DNA from: Bacteroidales bacterium
GTDB taxonomy: Bacteria; Bacteroidota; Bacteroidia; Bacteroidales; VadinHA17
Assembly (NCBI GenBank): GCA_038325595.1
Contig: JBBQJD010000005.1
Location: 6,291-70,290, forward strand
Length of the DNA stretch: 64,000 bases
Reading direction: 5' to 3'
Shown here: piece by piece, positions 37,166-47,382 of the stretch
How the letters are laid out: each line of letters opens with the position of its first letter
How positions within the stretch are numbered: position 1 is the first letter of the stretch
Notes under the pieces: model-generated
What the model was told of the DNA's origin: nothing
Seen by the model: only the letters and a program-made list of their open reading frames with translations
Database searches by the model: none
Made by a program: the position numbers and the translations under genes

Positions 37166-37882
37166 ATGAGACATATTCCCAATTTCATTACGTCATTAAA
37201 CCTTACTTGCGGATTCATTGCAATTACTTTTGCAGCTAATGGTGATATACAGACCGCTTCCTGGCTCATAACTGCTGCAATGATATTCGATTTTTTTGAT
37301 GGATTTTCAGCCAGGATCCTGAAAGCTTATTCACCCCTTGGAAAAGAACTGGACAGCCTTGCCGATGTTATAAGCTTTGGTGTGGCTCCTGCTATGGTTA
37401 TTTATCATTTGCTTAGTAACTCTTTGGCAATAAGTAATATCTCAATCAATTCACTTGATTTAAAAACCATTGTCGTTCTTATTGTTCCAGCGATTATGCC
37501 TGTTTTTGCAGCTTTACGTCTTGCTATTTTCAACCTCGATGAAACTCAGGCAACAACATTTAAAGGGCTGCCAACTCCTGCAAACGCTCTTGCAGTTGTT
37601 ACGATCGTAATAGCAAATCATTATTCCTCATCGGTATTCTTCACTGATCTGACCGGATCTGCCCCGTTCCTGATCATTCTGACCCTGACTCTTTCGCTCC
37701 TGATGGTAAGTCACATTCCATTGCTCTCACTAAAGATCAAAAGCTTCAGTTTAAAAGGCAATGAAGGAAGGTATCTTTTACTGGGATTGATTATTCTTTC
37801 TGTTTCAGTATTGGGAGTAGCAGCTTTCCCGTTGATAATACCACTGTATATAGCATCATCTTTGTTCTCGCTGGTTGTCTGA
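37166..37882 (+). CDS. pssA: CDP-diacylglycerol--serine O-phosphatidyltransferase
   Basis: CDP-alcohol phosphatidyltransferase motif DFFDGFSARILKAYSPLGKELDSLADVISFG. Confidence 0.9.
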   Translation: MRHIPNFITSLNLTCGFIAITFAANGDIQTASWLITAAMIFDFFDGFSARILKAYSPLGKELDSLADVISFGVAPAMVIYHLLSNSLAISNISINSLDLKTIVVLIVPAIMPVFAALRLAIFNLDETQATTFKGLPTPANALAVVTIVIANHYSSSVFFTDLTGSAPFLIILTLTLSLLMVSHIPLLSLKIKSFSLKGNEGRYLLLGLIILSVSVLGVAAFPLIIPLYIASSLFSLVV

Positions 37883-37926
37883 AAAAATCCTTTACAAGTA
37901 CCTCTCTGCTTTACAATTGGCTTTTA

Positions 37927-38043
37927 CTAATCATCTTCCGGAAATTTGCTTTCATACTTTGACAGAGCGAATCTTATTGTATACCAGCATAATATGATAA
38001 ATGCAGGCCATAACAAATATTGAAGAATTTGAGAAATATACAT
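37927..38043 (-). CDS. candidate 38-aa single-TM small protein downstream of cydB
   Basis: ATG (38043) to TAG (37927-37929), translating to MYISQILQYLLWPAFIILCWYTIRFALSKYESKFPEDD. It has one hydrophobic helix and an acidic tail. It is below the ORF-track cut-off, and no homology evidence is available. Confidence 0.3.
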   Translation of the reverse strand: MYISQILQYLLWPAFIILCWYTIRFALSKYESKFPEDD

Positions 38044-38066
38044 GGTTCTAAGTTTATAATTTCTGA

Positions 38067-38171
38067 TTCAAAGTTCAAGGTTCCAGGTTTCAAGTTCAAG
38101 GTTCCATGTTCCGGGTTTCAAGTTCCAGGTCTTATTACTTTACATTTTAACCTTGAACCTGGAACCTGGAA
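38067..38171. repeat. simple-sequence direct and inverted repeat (TTCAAGGTTCCAGG words), likely cydB terminator hairpin
   Basis: The left arm holds several ttcaaggttccagg-like units (38067-38130). The right arm aaccttgaacctggaacctggaa (38149-38171) is their reverse complement and starts 3 nt after the cydB stop. Confidence 0.65.
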
Positions 38172-38174
38172 TAA

Positions 38175-39305
38175 CTAATATTTGTGTCCGCCACCCTCCA
38201 TCTCCTCTGCCGTAATTTTTTTATCACTTATTGCATTCCATGCATACCAGATATATACAAAAATCACGGGTATAATGAATGAAAAATACATCATCGTTTT
38301 CAGGGTAAACTGACTTGATGAAGCATTGTAAATTGTTATAGAGCTCTGAAGATCATGTGATGACGGATAGAATGATGTTCCATTAAACCCGGCCACCAGA
38401 AACAGGGAAAAAACCACAAGTACAGTACCTGGTCCGGTAAACCATATTCCTCTTAAACTTCCCCTGAAAACTGACCTGATAATCCCATATAATACTCCGA
38501 TTGTACCTGCTATGAATAATAATGCAACAAGTGGCATGTCAATAAAATTCTGCAGATACTTAAATTTTACAGTAGATATTATCCCCGTCTCTGGATCAGC
38601 TGCGTAGCCGGTAGAGAAAAGAAGAGAAATAATAAATCCAAGGAATAACACCAGGAATAAAGCAGCATTCGGAAGAACTCTCTTCCTTGATGCTTCAACA
38701 ATATCGTCGTCAGCCACAGTGTTAAGGATATATAGCAGACCATTCAGGCGGACCAGAAATAATACTGTAAATCCAAGACTAAGATTACGTATATTGGCAA
38801 GAGCCTCTAGCCCATACCACGGTGTTGCCCATTGTACCTGGTTCATCATATTCAGACTGAAGAGAGAGCCCGTGAAGAATGTCGCAACGGCAACTCCGAG
38901 AAGAAAAGGACTGACAGAGCCATTTACAAACAGAAAAATATCATAAGTTGTTTTTCCAAAAACATTATTCGGCTTTGACCTGTATTCAAAAGCAATGGCC
39001 TGAATGATAAAACTGAATAATATTGCAATCCATACCCAGTAAGCACCTCCAAAGCTGGTTGCATAGAAAAGCGGAAAGGAAGCAAAGAAAGCTCCCCCGA
39101 ATGTAACGAGAGTAGTGAAGGTGAATTCCCATTTTCTTCCCATGGTGTTGACTATTATGGTCCTCTGAAGATCTGTTTTTGAGAGTGAAAAGATCATTGA
39201 CTGACCACCCTGCACAAACATCAGGAAAACCAGGATCCCTGCCATCAGGGAAATAATGATCCACCAGTATTGCTGGAGGAACAGATGCGAAATCATTGTT
39301 GTCAT
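38175..39305 (-). CDS. cydB: cytochrome bd ubiquinol oxidase subunit II
   Basis: 376-aa polytopic protein directly downstream of cydA, with a typical CydB N-terminus (LQQYWWIIISL). Confidence 0.93.
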   Translation of the reverse strand: MTTMISHLFLQQYWWIIISLMAGILVFLMFVQGGQSMIFSLSKTDLQRTIIVNTMGRKWEFTFTTLVTFGGAFFASFPLFYATSFGGAYWVWIAILFSFIIQAIAFEYRSKPNNVFGKTTYDIFLFVNGSVSPFLLGVAVATFFTGSLFSLNMMNQVQWATPWYGLEALANIRNLSLGFTVLFLVRLNGLLYILNTVADDDIVEASRKRVLPNAALFLVLFLGFIISLLFSTGYAADPETGIISTVKFKYLQNFIDMPLVALLFIAGTIGVLYGIIRSVFRGSLRGIWFTGPGTVLVVFSLFLVAGFNGTSFYPSSHDLQSSITIYNASSSQFTLKTMMYFSFIIPVIFVYIWYAWNAISDKKITAEEMEGGGHKY

Positions 39306-39316
39306 ATTTTCTCCGG

Positions 39317-40873
39317 CTAATGTTTTGGTCCTGTTTTGATTTGTTTGATCATTATCGATACTTCAGCTAAAAGCATAGCAGTGAAAAGAACTGCAAAAAG
39401 TATAAAAGTCGTAATTACCGATCCGGTGCTAATTTGCGAAACAGCTCCTGAAACAGACATAAGATCCTGAATAATCCACGGCTGCCTGCCCATTTCTGCA
39501 AGAACCCAGCCGAGCTCACTGGCAATGTAAGGCAGGGGAATGGCCAGCAATGCTATCCATAAGAACCATCTGTTATCGGAAAGAGAACCTTTAAACAGGA
39601 GAACAAGTGCGACTGAGAAAATCAGAATAAAAAGAAATCCCAGTATAACCATAATATGAAATGAATAAAATGAAACCGGTACACTTGGGATTACATCTTC
39701 AGGCCTTTGAATGGAAGAGTAACCGAAATATCTGAAATAATTCTCCTGAAAATCCTCTGCTGTGAACAGTGTTTTTAATTCCTCGAGTTCAGCCTGATTA
39801 TTGCCCTTACGTGCATTTTTGTATTCAATCAGCATTTTTCTGGCATATTCGCCCCTTTTAATTTTTTCATGTACCGGCATTATTCCAAGCTCTTCATTTC
39901 CAAGAACATAGTCATTAAGCCCTCCCACAAAATGATCCTTATTGCCTCCTGTCATAACAGAAAGCAGATCAGGTATTTCTATTTTAAAGGTGAATTCATT
40001 TATTTTCTTCTCTCCTAATTTTGAATCTCCTTCCTTCAGAAATCCTATCAGTATTATTCCGGCTTCTTTTTTGCCATCATACAGGGCTTCCATTGCAGCA
40101 AACTTAACAGGCTGAACTTCTGAAAGCGTTCTGGCTGACTGGTCACCAGTGTAGGCAACAAACACTGAGGATAGCAGACCGAATGTGGCAGCAACAAGTA
40201 TGCTTAGCTTTGCCAGCCGCACCTCTCTTTTCTTTAACAGGAACCATGAACTGATACTGAGAACGAAAAAGGAAGCAAGCAGGAATCCTGATGATATGGC
40301 ATGAAGGAATTTATCAAGGGCGACCTGGCTGAAAACCACCTCCCAAAAATTCACCATTTCATTCCTGGCAGTATCAGGATTGAATGTCATTCCAACAGGG
40401 TTTTGCATCCAGGCATTGGCAATAAGTATCCATATTGCTGAAATGCTTGCTCCGACCGCTACCAGCCAGGTGGATGTAAGATGAAACTTTTTACTCACCT
40501 TGTCCCAGCCGAAAAACATTACTGCCACGAATGTTGACTCGAGGAAAAATGCAAGTATTCCCTCAATGGCAAGTGGCGCACCGAAAATATCGCCAACAAA
40601 CCATGAATAATTCGACCAGTTGGTTCCGAATTCAAATTCAAGTATGATACCTGTTGCGATACTGATTGCAAAATTTATCCCGAACAGGGTCATCCAGAAT
40701 CTGGTAATCCTTTTCCATTCTTCCTTTCCAGTCTTCACATAAATGGTTTCCATTATTGCAAGAATAAAGGATAAACCGATTACCAGGGGGACAAACAGCC
40801 AATGGTATATTGCGGTAAGAGCAAACTGAGCCCTTGACCAATCCACAAGGCTCACATCAACATTTTCAATCAT
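39317..40873 (-). CDS. cydA: cytochrome bd ubiquinol oxidase subunit I
   Basis: LSRAQFALTAIYHWLFVP N-terminus, a Q-loop region and the GWVLAEMGRQPW motif. Confidence 0.95.
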   Translation of the reverse strand: MIENVDVSLVDWSRAQFALTAIYHWLFVPLVIGLSFILAIMETIYVKTGKEEWKRITRFWMTLFGINFAISIATGIILEFEFGTNWSNYSWFVGDIFGAPLAIEGILAFFLESTFVAVMFFGWDKVSKKFHLTSTWLVAVGASISAIWILIANAWMQNPVGMTFNPDTARNEMVNFWEVVFSQVALDKFLHAISSGFLLASFFVLSISSWFLLKKREVRLAKLSILVAATFGLLSSVFVAYTGDQSARTLSEVQPVKFAAMEALYDGKKEAGIILIGFLKEGDSKLGEKKINEFTFKIEIPDLLSVMTGGNKDHFVGGLNDYVLGNEELGIMPVHEKIKRGEYARKMLIEYKNARKGNNQAELEELKTLFTAEDFQENYFRYFGYSSIQRPEDVIPSVPVSFYSFHIMVILGFLFILIFSVALVLLFKGSLSDNRWFLWIALLAIPLPYIASELGWVLAEMGRQPWIIQDLMSVSGAVSQISTGSVITTFILFAVLFTAMLLAEVSIMIKQIKTGPKH

Positions 40874-41087
40874 GATTATCAGGTGAGTTAATTAACTGAT
40901 CAATAACATATTCACTTCTCTGTTCGTCATTATTATATTTAACATTCAGAAAGTCCTGAAAAAAGAAAAGCTTCAGAACTGCGAACATGATAAAAAGCTT
41001 AATTAAAATTATCAGCCAGACCTGCCGTCCCCACGATGACATAGTGCTGAAGCCTTCATAATAAAAGTTGAAGATTCTTCTTAGCAT
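40866..41087 (-). CDS. DUF4492 small membrane protein
   Basis: 73 aa, overlaps the cydA start by 8 nt. Position and sequence are typical of the Bacteroidota DUF4492-cydAB arrangement. Confidence 0.7.
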   Translation of the reverse strand: MLRRIFNFYYEGFSTMSSWGRQVWLIILIKLFIMFAVLKLFFFQDFLNVKYNNDEQRSEYVIDQLINSPDNHD

Positions 41088-41116
41088 GATAGATCAGCTT
41101 CGTTTAATCTGCTTCG

Positions 41117-42289
41117 CTAAATTACAAAATTTTGGTTAAGAACCGGTCCGCTTTCTGACTCTTTATTGCGTCTTGATTTTACTGTCGAAAGCCCTGAGGT
41201 GATCTTCTGTACCGCCTTGAAATTATAAAAGAATTCCCTGGCAAAAACTCTCATAACAGTATATGCAGGTATACCGAATATCATTCCCGGGATTCCCGCA
41301 GCATATCCGGCGGCAAGTACAACCACAAAAATTTCGAGGGGATGAGCCTTTACACTGTTTGAGAAAATTACCGGTTGAAAAATTACATTGTCAATCAAAT
41401 GCGTAATCGCCTCAACTATAATCATGTAAGTTATCAGGGGAATAACTACTGTTGTAAAATCCTGATTCATATGTGAGGCAACACCCATTATTATTGCAAT
41501 CAGCAAGCCAAGCCATGGTCCAACATATGGGATAACATTTAATATTCCAAGAATAAGCCCCATAACAAGAGCCTGCTGTACGTCGATGCCTGCAATAGTC
41601 ATCCCTATAGTAATGAGTATCATGATGCAGGTGCTCTGAATAACAATGCCGATAAAATACCGTGTAAGAAGCCTTTTAATAGAATAGAGGGCGCGTGTCA
41701 CATTATCAACATATTTGTCAGGAACCCACATCAGAATGGATTCAAAAAACAAATGCTGGTCCTTCAGGAAAAAAAATGTGATGAAGGTGATCGAAAATAC
41801 AGCTATAATAAGGTTCCCCAGAATACCTGCGATTGATCCGATAAAGTTCTGTATCATATTCACATTCAAGACACCCGATACTTTACCAATAATGTATTCC
41901 TTGATGGAGAGCTCTTCTGTTATGTCCTTGTTGAAAGCCCTGAACAGATTTTCAATCTTATTTATGGGGGCATCCACAAGTTGTACAATCTTTTCACTGT
42001 CAATAGTTGAAAAATAATTTATCTGTGTGGTTACCAGAGGGATAAATATTAAAAAGAAGATCACAATAAGGCTCCATATTATTGAAAGGGTCAGTAAGGC
42101 ACTGAGGGGTCTTGGGAAAAACCAGTTCCTTATCCTTATTCTACAAAAAAGATCAACAAGCGGCCTTCCCATTATAGATAAAACGCCTGAAACCAGTATG
42201 TAGACTACAATACTCCTGAAATACCATACACAAGCCAGAAGCAGCAGAATGCCAAAAAAAATAAGTAGGTTTCTTACGGTAGTTTTCAT
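41117..42289 (-). CDS. AI-2E family transporter (PerM/UPF0118)
   Basis: 390 aa, about 8 TM segments, and the IPYVGPWLG motif. Confidence 0.88.
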   Translation of the reverse strand: MKTTVRNLLIFFGILLLLACVWYFRSIVVYILVSGVLSIMGRPLVDLFCRIRIRNWFFPRPLSALLTLSIIWSLIVIFFLIFIPLVTTQINYFSTIDSEKIVQLVDAPINKIENLFRAFNKDITEELSIKEYIIGKVSGVLNVNMIQNFIGSIAGILGNLIIAVFSITFITFFFLKDQHLFFESILMWVPDKYVDNVTRALYSIKRLLTRYFIGIVIQSTCIMILITIGMTIAGIDVQQALVMGLILGILNVIPYVGPWLGLLIAIIMGVASHMNQDFTTVVIPLITYMIIVEAITHLIDNVIFQPVIFSNSVKAHPLEIFVVVLAAGYAAGIPGMIFGIPAYTVMRVFAREFFYNFKAVQKITSGLSTVKSRRNKESESGPVLNQNFVI

Positions 42290-42415
42290 TCAAAAGAAAG
42301 TTTCTGTTACAAACCTAATCCAAATTTTTGAAATTCACTAAATTATGAACCTATAAGCTGCTGGTGCAGGCTGTGATACATAGAGACAATGCCGAATTGT
42401 CATAAATGCAAGAGG

Positions 42416-42445
42416 GGTTGCACCGCAGGATGCAGCCTTTTTTTT
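42416..42445 (+). terminator. terminator-like hairpin whose T-tract lies on the plus strand
   Basis: ggttgca-ccgcagga-tgcagcc (7-bp stem) followed by eight Ts that run into the fprA stop codon. On the minus strand the hairpin is followed by a poor U-tract. Confidence 0.4.
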
Positions 42446-43667
42446 ATTGGCAAACCTCAATAAATTTCCGGCTGAATTTTCTTCCGAATTCCTGCAGATA
42501 TTCCTTCTTGGTCCCATCAGGAGAGAACTTAAAAGTAGCCGTTTCTTCAAAGATTTTGAATTTGAGCATCCGTAAATTTTCAAGAATTATCTTAGGTGCC
42601 TCTCCGCTCCATCCGAAAGATCCGAAAGCGCCTCCCAGCTTGCTTTTATCCCTGAGCGGGTTGACGACAGAGAACAGCCTGTAAACAGGAAGCAGTGTAT
42701 TCTGGTTGATTGTAGGGGATCCGATTAGTAATCCGTCAGCTGCTATCAATCGTGATTCAAGCTCCTCGGGAGAAATATTTTCGATATCCAGAATTTCAGT
42801 TGTCAGCTCTCCCGATTCCACTATCCCATCTGAAATAAATCCGGCGGCTTCTTTTGTATATCCGTAAGCGGAGACATAGGCAATCAGTATATTCCTGTGA
42901 TCCCTGTCTTTGGTCAGTTTAATATATTCGGTTGCATATTCCTCTGACAATGAGATGGCTGTATTGATATTCTCCCTGTGAACCGGGCCATGTCCGGGAC
43001 AGATATAATCTATCTCGAGAGGTTTTATCCTTTCAATTGCATTTAACATAAATCTGCTGAAAGGGCGGAGGATTACATCAAAATAATACTTGAAAGTACT
43101 TTTGTACACCTCATTAAATTCGCTGAACATCTTATCCGAACAGTAATGAGCTCCAAAAGAATCGCATGTAAACAGTACCTTATCCTCAATAAGATATGTA
43201 TAAATAGAATCAGGCCAGTGAAGATTCGGGGCTGAAATGAATTTCAGGGTTTTATTGCCCAGATCAAGAGTATCTCCATCTTTTACAGTAAGTGATTTGA
43301 AAGGCATATTGACGATATCCTCCAGAAAACGAATAGCGCTGCCGCTTCCAACAACAGTTGCCGAAGGAGCCAGATCGAGCAGAAGCCTGAGGCTTCCGGA
43401 ATGGTCAGGTTCAGTATGATCGAGAATAATGTATTCAATCTCTTCCGGATTTGTTACTGCCCTTAATTTTTTAAAATAGGTGTCACTAAATTTTTCTTTG
43501 GCTACCTCAACTATTGCCTTTTTTTGTGCATTGATATAAAATGAGTTATAGGTTGTTCCATAGCCGGTAGTCATAACTATATCGAAAGTTGTAATATCAT
43601 AGTCGAGGATGCCAATCCATTTCACATCAGCGGTAACCTCTATTATCCTGTCATCTGTCCTGTTCAT
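42444..43667 (-). CDS. fprA: FprA-type flavodiiron protein (metallo-beta-lactamase + flavodoxin domains)
   Basis: Diiron motif LDHTEPDHSGS and a C-terminal flavodoxin-like domain (ILIAYVSAYGYT). 407 aa. Confidence 0.92.
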   Translation of the reverse strand: MNRTDDRIIEVTADVKWIGILDYDITTFDIVMTTGYGTTYNSFYINAQKKAIVEVAKEKFSDTYFKKLRAVTNPEEIEYIILDHTEPDHSGSLRLLLDLAPSATVVGSGSAIRFLEDIVNMPFKSLTVKDGDTLDLGNKTLKFISAPNLHWPDSIYTYLIEDKVLFTCDSFGAHYCSDKMFSEFNEVYKSTFKYYFDVILRPFSRFMLNAIERIKPLEIDYICPGHGPVHRENINTAISLSEEYATEYIKLTKDRDHRNILIAYVSAYGYTKEAAGFISDGIVESGELTTEILDIENISPEELESRLIAADGLLIGSPTINQNTLLPVYRLFSVVNPLRDKSKLGGAFGSFGWSGEAPKIILENLRMLKFKIFEETATFKFSPDGTKKEYLQEFGRKFSRKFIEVCQ

Positions 43668-43681
43668 AAAACTATTGTTTT

Positions 43682-44338
43682 TCAGATTCTGGCAATAACG
43701 CTTTTATTTGCCTTAACCTGCTGAAGGATCGGAATCTCGACCTCCGTTCCTATTGGTAAAAAGACATCAACGCGGGATCCGAATTTAATGAAACCCAATT
43801 CGTCTCCTTGTTTAACATTCTGATTTTCTTTTGCATAAGTAACAATTCTCCGGGCAACTGCACCGGCGATCTGTCTTATCATTATCTCTATTCCATCCGC
43901 TGTTTCGATTACAATGGTGCTCCTCTCATTGAGTTCTGATGATTTGGGGTGCCATGCAACCATATTATGTCCGTGATGATAACAGATATATTTAACTTTT
44001 CCGGCAACAGGGTATTTATTGCTGTGCATATTGAAAGGAGACATGAAAATCGAAACCTGAAGCCGGTTATCCTTGAAATATTCTTTTTCAAAAGTCTCTT
44101 CAATTACAACTACTTTCCCGTCAGCAGGGGCATAGATCAGTCCTGCATCAGGTTCAAGAAACCTTGCCGGCAGTCTGAAGAAAAAAAGCAGAAAAATATA
44201 AAGTGAAAAAGAGCAAACCAGGAATCCCCATCTGACAAGCTCAATATCTGACCAGAGAATACTTACTAGGATATTAAGAATAAGTAAAGTAAGAAAACCG
44301 AACGCCAGTATTTTATATCCTTCCTTGTGAATGCTCAT
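43682..44338 (-). CDS. psd: phosphatidylserine decarboxylase proenzyme
   Basis: FMSPFNMHSNKYP and the self-cleavage region GFIKFGSRVD. Confidence 0.92.
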   Translation of the reverse strand: MSIHKEGYKILAFGFLTLLILNILVSILWSDIELVRWGFLVCSFSLYIFLLFFFRLPARFLEPDAGLIYAPADGKVVVIEETFEKEYFKDNRLQVSIFMSPFNMHSNKYPVAGKVKYICYHHGHNMVAWHPKSSELNERSTIVIETADGIEIMIRQIAGAVARRIVTYAKENQNVKQGDELGFIKFGSRVDVFLPIGTEVEIPILQQVKANKSVIARI

Positions 44339-44377
44339 TTCATAAAAATTTTCCCAAAACTAATCAAGACTTGTCAA

Positions 44378-45220
44378 TCATCCAAAAACTGTTATAAAAA
44401 GATATACAAGAGGGAAAGACAGGATTGTGCTGTCAAATCTGTCAAGAAACCCTCCATGACCCGGTAAAGCAGTTCCCGAATCTTTGACATCCATACTTCT
44501 TTTAAGCATTGATTCAACCAGATCACCATAAGTTCCTGCAACGGAAATTATAACTGAAACGATAATCCACTGAACCGTACTTATCACTCCAAACCAGTCA
44601 GCAAGTAGCCATGCAATTAGTGCGGAGGCCAGAAACCCTCCCAGACAACCTTCCCATGTTTTACCCGGTGAAATCCGTGGCATCAGCTTATGCCGGCCTA
44701 AAGAGGTACCTGTAATATATGCTCCTGTATCGTGTGCCCAGAGAAGGATAAAAAACCCGATTATGATTCCCGGAGAAAATAATATTCCTTCATGAGGTAA
44801 AATCGTATTCATCCCACTCTGCGAAAAAGCTGCAAATGGAAACATTGAAAAAGGCAATGCAGTATAAAAAATTGCAAAAAATGTATGTGCAAGGGAATCA
44901 AATGGCTGGTCCTGCTTTCTGTATAATTCAGCAATTGTTATAATTATCAGAATCGGTATCAGAGCAAGAAAAGAATTAAAGGGAAGTAAACCTGATGCAA
45001 TTAATGTGGAAACAATGTAAACAGAAGTTCCGGCAACCAAACCGGCAATCTTCTGGGGTTTTACGCCAGTTTTTCTGATCATTGTATAATATTCAAACTG
45101 CGTCCCGATGAGCAGTAAAAGGCCGGTTAAGAGAAATGACAATGGATGTAGCCAAAAGCCTCCCAATACTAATAAAACTATCCAGGCTCCGGTCAGGGTT
45201 CGTCTGAGAAAAATATTCAA
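44378..45220 (-). CDS. cdsA: phosphatidate cytidylyltransferase
   Basis: C-terminal signature SMLKRSMDVKDSGTALPGHGGFLDRFDS. Confidence 0.92.
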   Translation of the reverse strand: MNIFLRRTLTGAWIVLLVLGGFWLHPLSFLLTGLLLLIGTQFEYYTMIRKTGVKPQKIAGLVAGTSVYIVSTLIASGLLPFNSFLALIPILIIITIAELYRKQDQPFDSLAHTFFAIFYTALPFSMFPFAAFSQSGMNTILPHEGILFSPGIIIGFFILLWAHDTGAYITGTSLGRHKLMPRISPGKTWEGCLGGFLASALIAWLLADWFGVISTVQWIIVSVIISVAGTYGDLVESMLKRSMDVKDSGTALPGHGGFLDRFDSTILSFPLVYLFITVFG

Positions 45221-45235
45221 GATTAAGGTTATTTC

Positions 45236-47371
45236 CTAAAGTTTCTTTTTTGGCTTTTTATCAACCTTTATCAAATCATCTTCATTAGATCCATTCACAT
45301 CCATGCTTGATCCGGTTGCAATATTATCTGCGGAAGATACTAATTTCTCTTCTTTCTTTTCAAATTCTTTTCCCTTTAATTCTTCTGCTTTTGCTTTGGC
45401 TTCAGCTTCCCTCTCATCTTTCAATACCTCTGCTTTTCTCTTTCCAAAGATCCTTTCCATATCTTCACTGAAAATGACTTCTTTTTCGAGCAGGAGCTCA
45501 GCAAGCTCTGTCAGTCCCATCATATTTGTTTTGAGGACTTCTTTTGCCCTGAGGTATGATTCTAAAATAATCAGGTTAACCTCCTGATCGATAAGTTCGG
45601 CTGTTTTCTCACTGTATGGTTTTGTGAAACCAAAATCAGACTGGCCTGATGAATCATAGAAACTTACATTTCCGACCTTTTCACTCATTCCGAAAAATGC
45701 CACCATTGCATAGGCTTGTTTGGTTATTTTCTCAAGGTCACTGAGAGCACCTGTTGAAATTTTTCCAAATACAAGCTCTTCGGAAGCTCTTCCGCCGAGT
45801 GCGTATGCCATTTCATCGAGGATCTGTTCGCGTGTGGTAAGCTGTCTTTCTTCAGGAAGATACCATGCAGCACCAAGAGCTCTCCCGCGAGGGATAATAG
45901 TAACCTTTAGAAGCGGACTGGCATGTTCGAGCAGCCAGCTTACCGTAGCATGACCAGCTTCATGATAAGCAATTGCCCTTTTCTCGGTGGGGGAAATGAT
46001 CTTAGTTTTTCTTTCCAGACCACCAACTATCCTGTCTACAGCATCAAGGAAATCCTGCTTTTCCACAACAGTCTTGTTTTTCCTTGCTGCAATAAGAGCT
46101 GCTTCGTTACATACATTGGCAATATCAGCTCCTGAAAAACCGGGAGTTTGTTTTGCCATGAAAGCTATATCGAAATTCTTTTCAAGCTTTATCGGACGAA
46201 GGTGAACTTTGAAAATTGCTTCCCTTTCGACAATGTCGGGAAGCTCAACATGGATCTGCCTGTCAAACCGTCCTGCACGCATCAGAGCCCTGTCAAGAAT
46301 ATCTGCCCTGTTTGTTGCAGCAAGGATTATGACTCCCATATTGGTGCCAAAACCGTCCATTTCTGTAAGAAGCTGATTCAGAGTATTTTCCCTTTCATCA
46401 TTTGAACCAAAATTTGCATTCCTTCCTCTTGCCCGGCCTACAGCATCTATCTCATCGATAAAGACAATACATGGTGCCTTTTCTTTAGCCTGTTTAAAAA
46501 GATCCCTGACCCTTGAAGCTCCGACACCGACGAACATCTCCACGAAATCTGAACCTGAGATCGAAAAGAATGGAACATTGGCTTCGCCTGCAACAGCCTT
46601 TGCAAGCATGGTCTTTCCTGTTCCCGGAGGTCCTATAAGCAAAGCGCCTTTTGGTATTTTACCTCCCAGATTAGTGTATTTCTTTGGATTTTTCAGAAAG
46701 TCAACGATCTCCATAACTTCTGTCTTTGCCTCCTCAAGACCGGCAACATCGCTGAAATTCAATTTTACATTATTGTCTTTATCAAAGATCTGAGCTCTTG
46801 ATTTTCCAACACTGAATATTCCTCCGGCGCCGCCTGCACCTCCGCCTGACATTCTTTTCATCATGAATAGCCACAATCCAATCAGCAAGGCCGGAAATAA
46901 AAGCCATGAAAGTATATCTATCAGGTAGTTCTTCCTGGTTATGTAGTCAGGGTATATGAGTTCCTTTTCAGTATATCCTGCATTTTCCTGAGCTTCAATC
47001 ATAAAAGGCTCAAAGTTGCTGATATCCCCGATATTATATGTATAGTTTGGCTTTGGTGTTGTCATTCCAAAACCAGTACCCGGCTTGGGCAGCTTTGGAT
47101 ATCTGCCTGATTCAAGTGCTTCCTTTTTGAGGTAAATCTCAGCCATATCCTTGTTTACCACAACAATCTTTTCAATATCGCGGTTGGCGATCATCTCCTT
47201 AAGGTCGCTGGTAGTGGTTTTCTGGACCGTACTTCCTCCATAAAGCACCTGGAAAAGAATTACAGAAATAGCAAGTATGGCAAAGATCCAGTTTGAATTA
47301 AAACGAGGCTTCAGGCCTTTGCCATTTGTTTTTTCTGGTCCGGGTGTTATATTTTTGTTGTTTTCTGTCAT
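45236..47371 (-). CDS. ftsH: ATP-dependent zinc metalloprotease FtsH
   Basis: Walker A GPPGTGKT, the SRH region and the zinc site HEAGHA. 711 aa. Confidence 0.97.
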   Translation of the reverse strand: MTENNKNITPGPEKTNGKGLKPRFNSNWIFAILAISVILFQVLYGGSTVQKTTTSDLKEMIANRDIEKIVVVNKDMAEIYLKKEALESGRYPKLPKPGTGFGMTTPKPNYTYNIGDISNFEPFMIEAQENAGYTEKELIYPDYITRKNYLIDILSWLLFPALLIGLWLFMMKRMSGGGAGGAGGIFSVGKSRAQIFDKDNNVKLNFSDVAGLEEAKTEVMEIVDFLKNPKKYTNLGGKIPKGALLIGPPGTGKTMLAKAVAGEANVPFFSISGSDFVEMFVGVGASRVRDLFKQAKEKAPCIVFIDEIDAVGRARGRNANFGSNDERENTLNQLLTEMDGFGTNMGVIILAATNRADILDRALMRAGRFDRQIHVELPDIVEREAIFKVHLRPIKLEKNFDIAFMAKQTPGFSGADIANVCNEAALIAARKNKTVVEKQDFLDAVDRIVGGLERKTKIISPTEKRAIAYHEAGHATVSWLLEHASPLLKVTIIPRGRALGAAWYLPEERQLTTREQILDEMAYALGGRASEELVFGKISTGALSDLEKITKQAYAMVAFFGMSEKVGNVSFYDSSGQSDFGFTKPYSEKTAELIDQEVNLIILESYLRAKEVLKTNMMGLTELAELLLEKEVIFSEDMERIFGKRKAEVLKDEREAEAKAKAEELKGKEFEKKEEKLVSSADNIATGSSMDVNGSNEDDLIKVDKKPKKKL

Positions 47372-47382
47372 AAAAATTTTTC

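Noticed and set aside
42338-42684. ORFs of 81 and 92 aa around the fprA 3' end
   Set aside because: They overlap the well-supported fprA frame and the terminator hairpin. Their translations are Arg/Ser/Leu-rich with no features.
38175-43667. cydAB plus fprA as a dedicated oxygen-defence island
   Set aside because: The genes are separated by an unrelated transporter. fprA sits at the end of the housekeeping rsfS-ftsH-cdsA-psd string, and both are common core genes of anaerobic Bacteroidota. There is no evidence of a special system.
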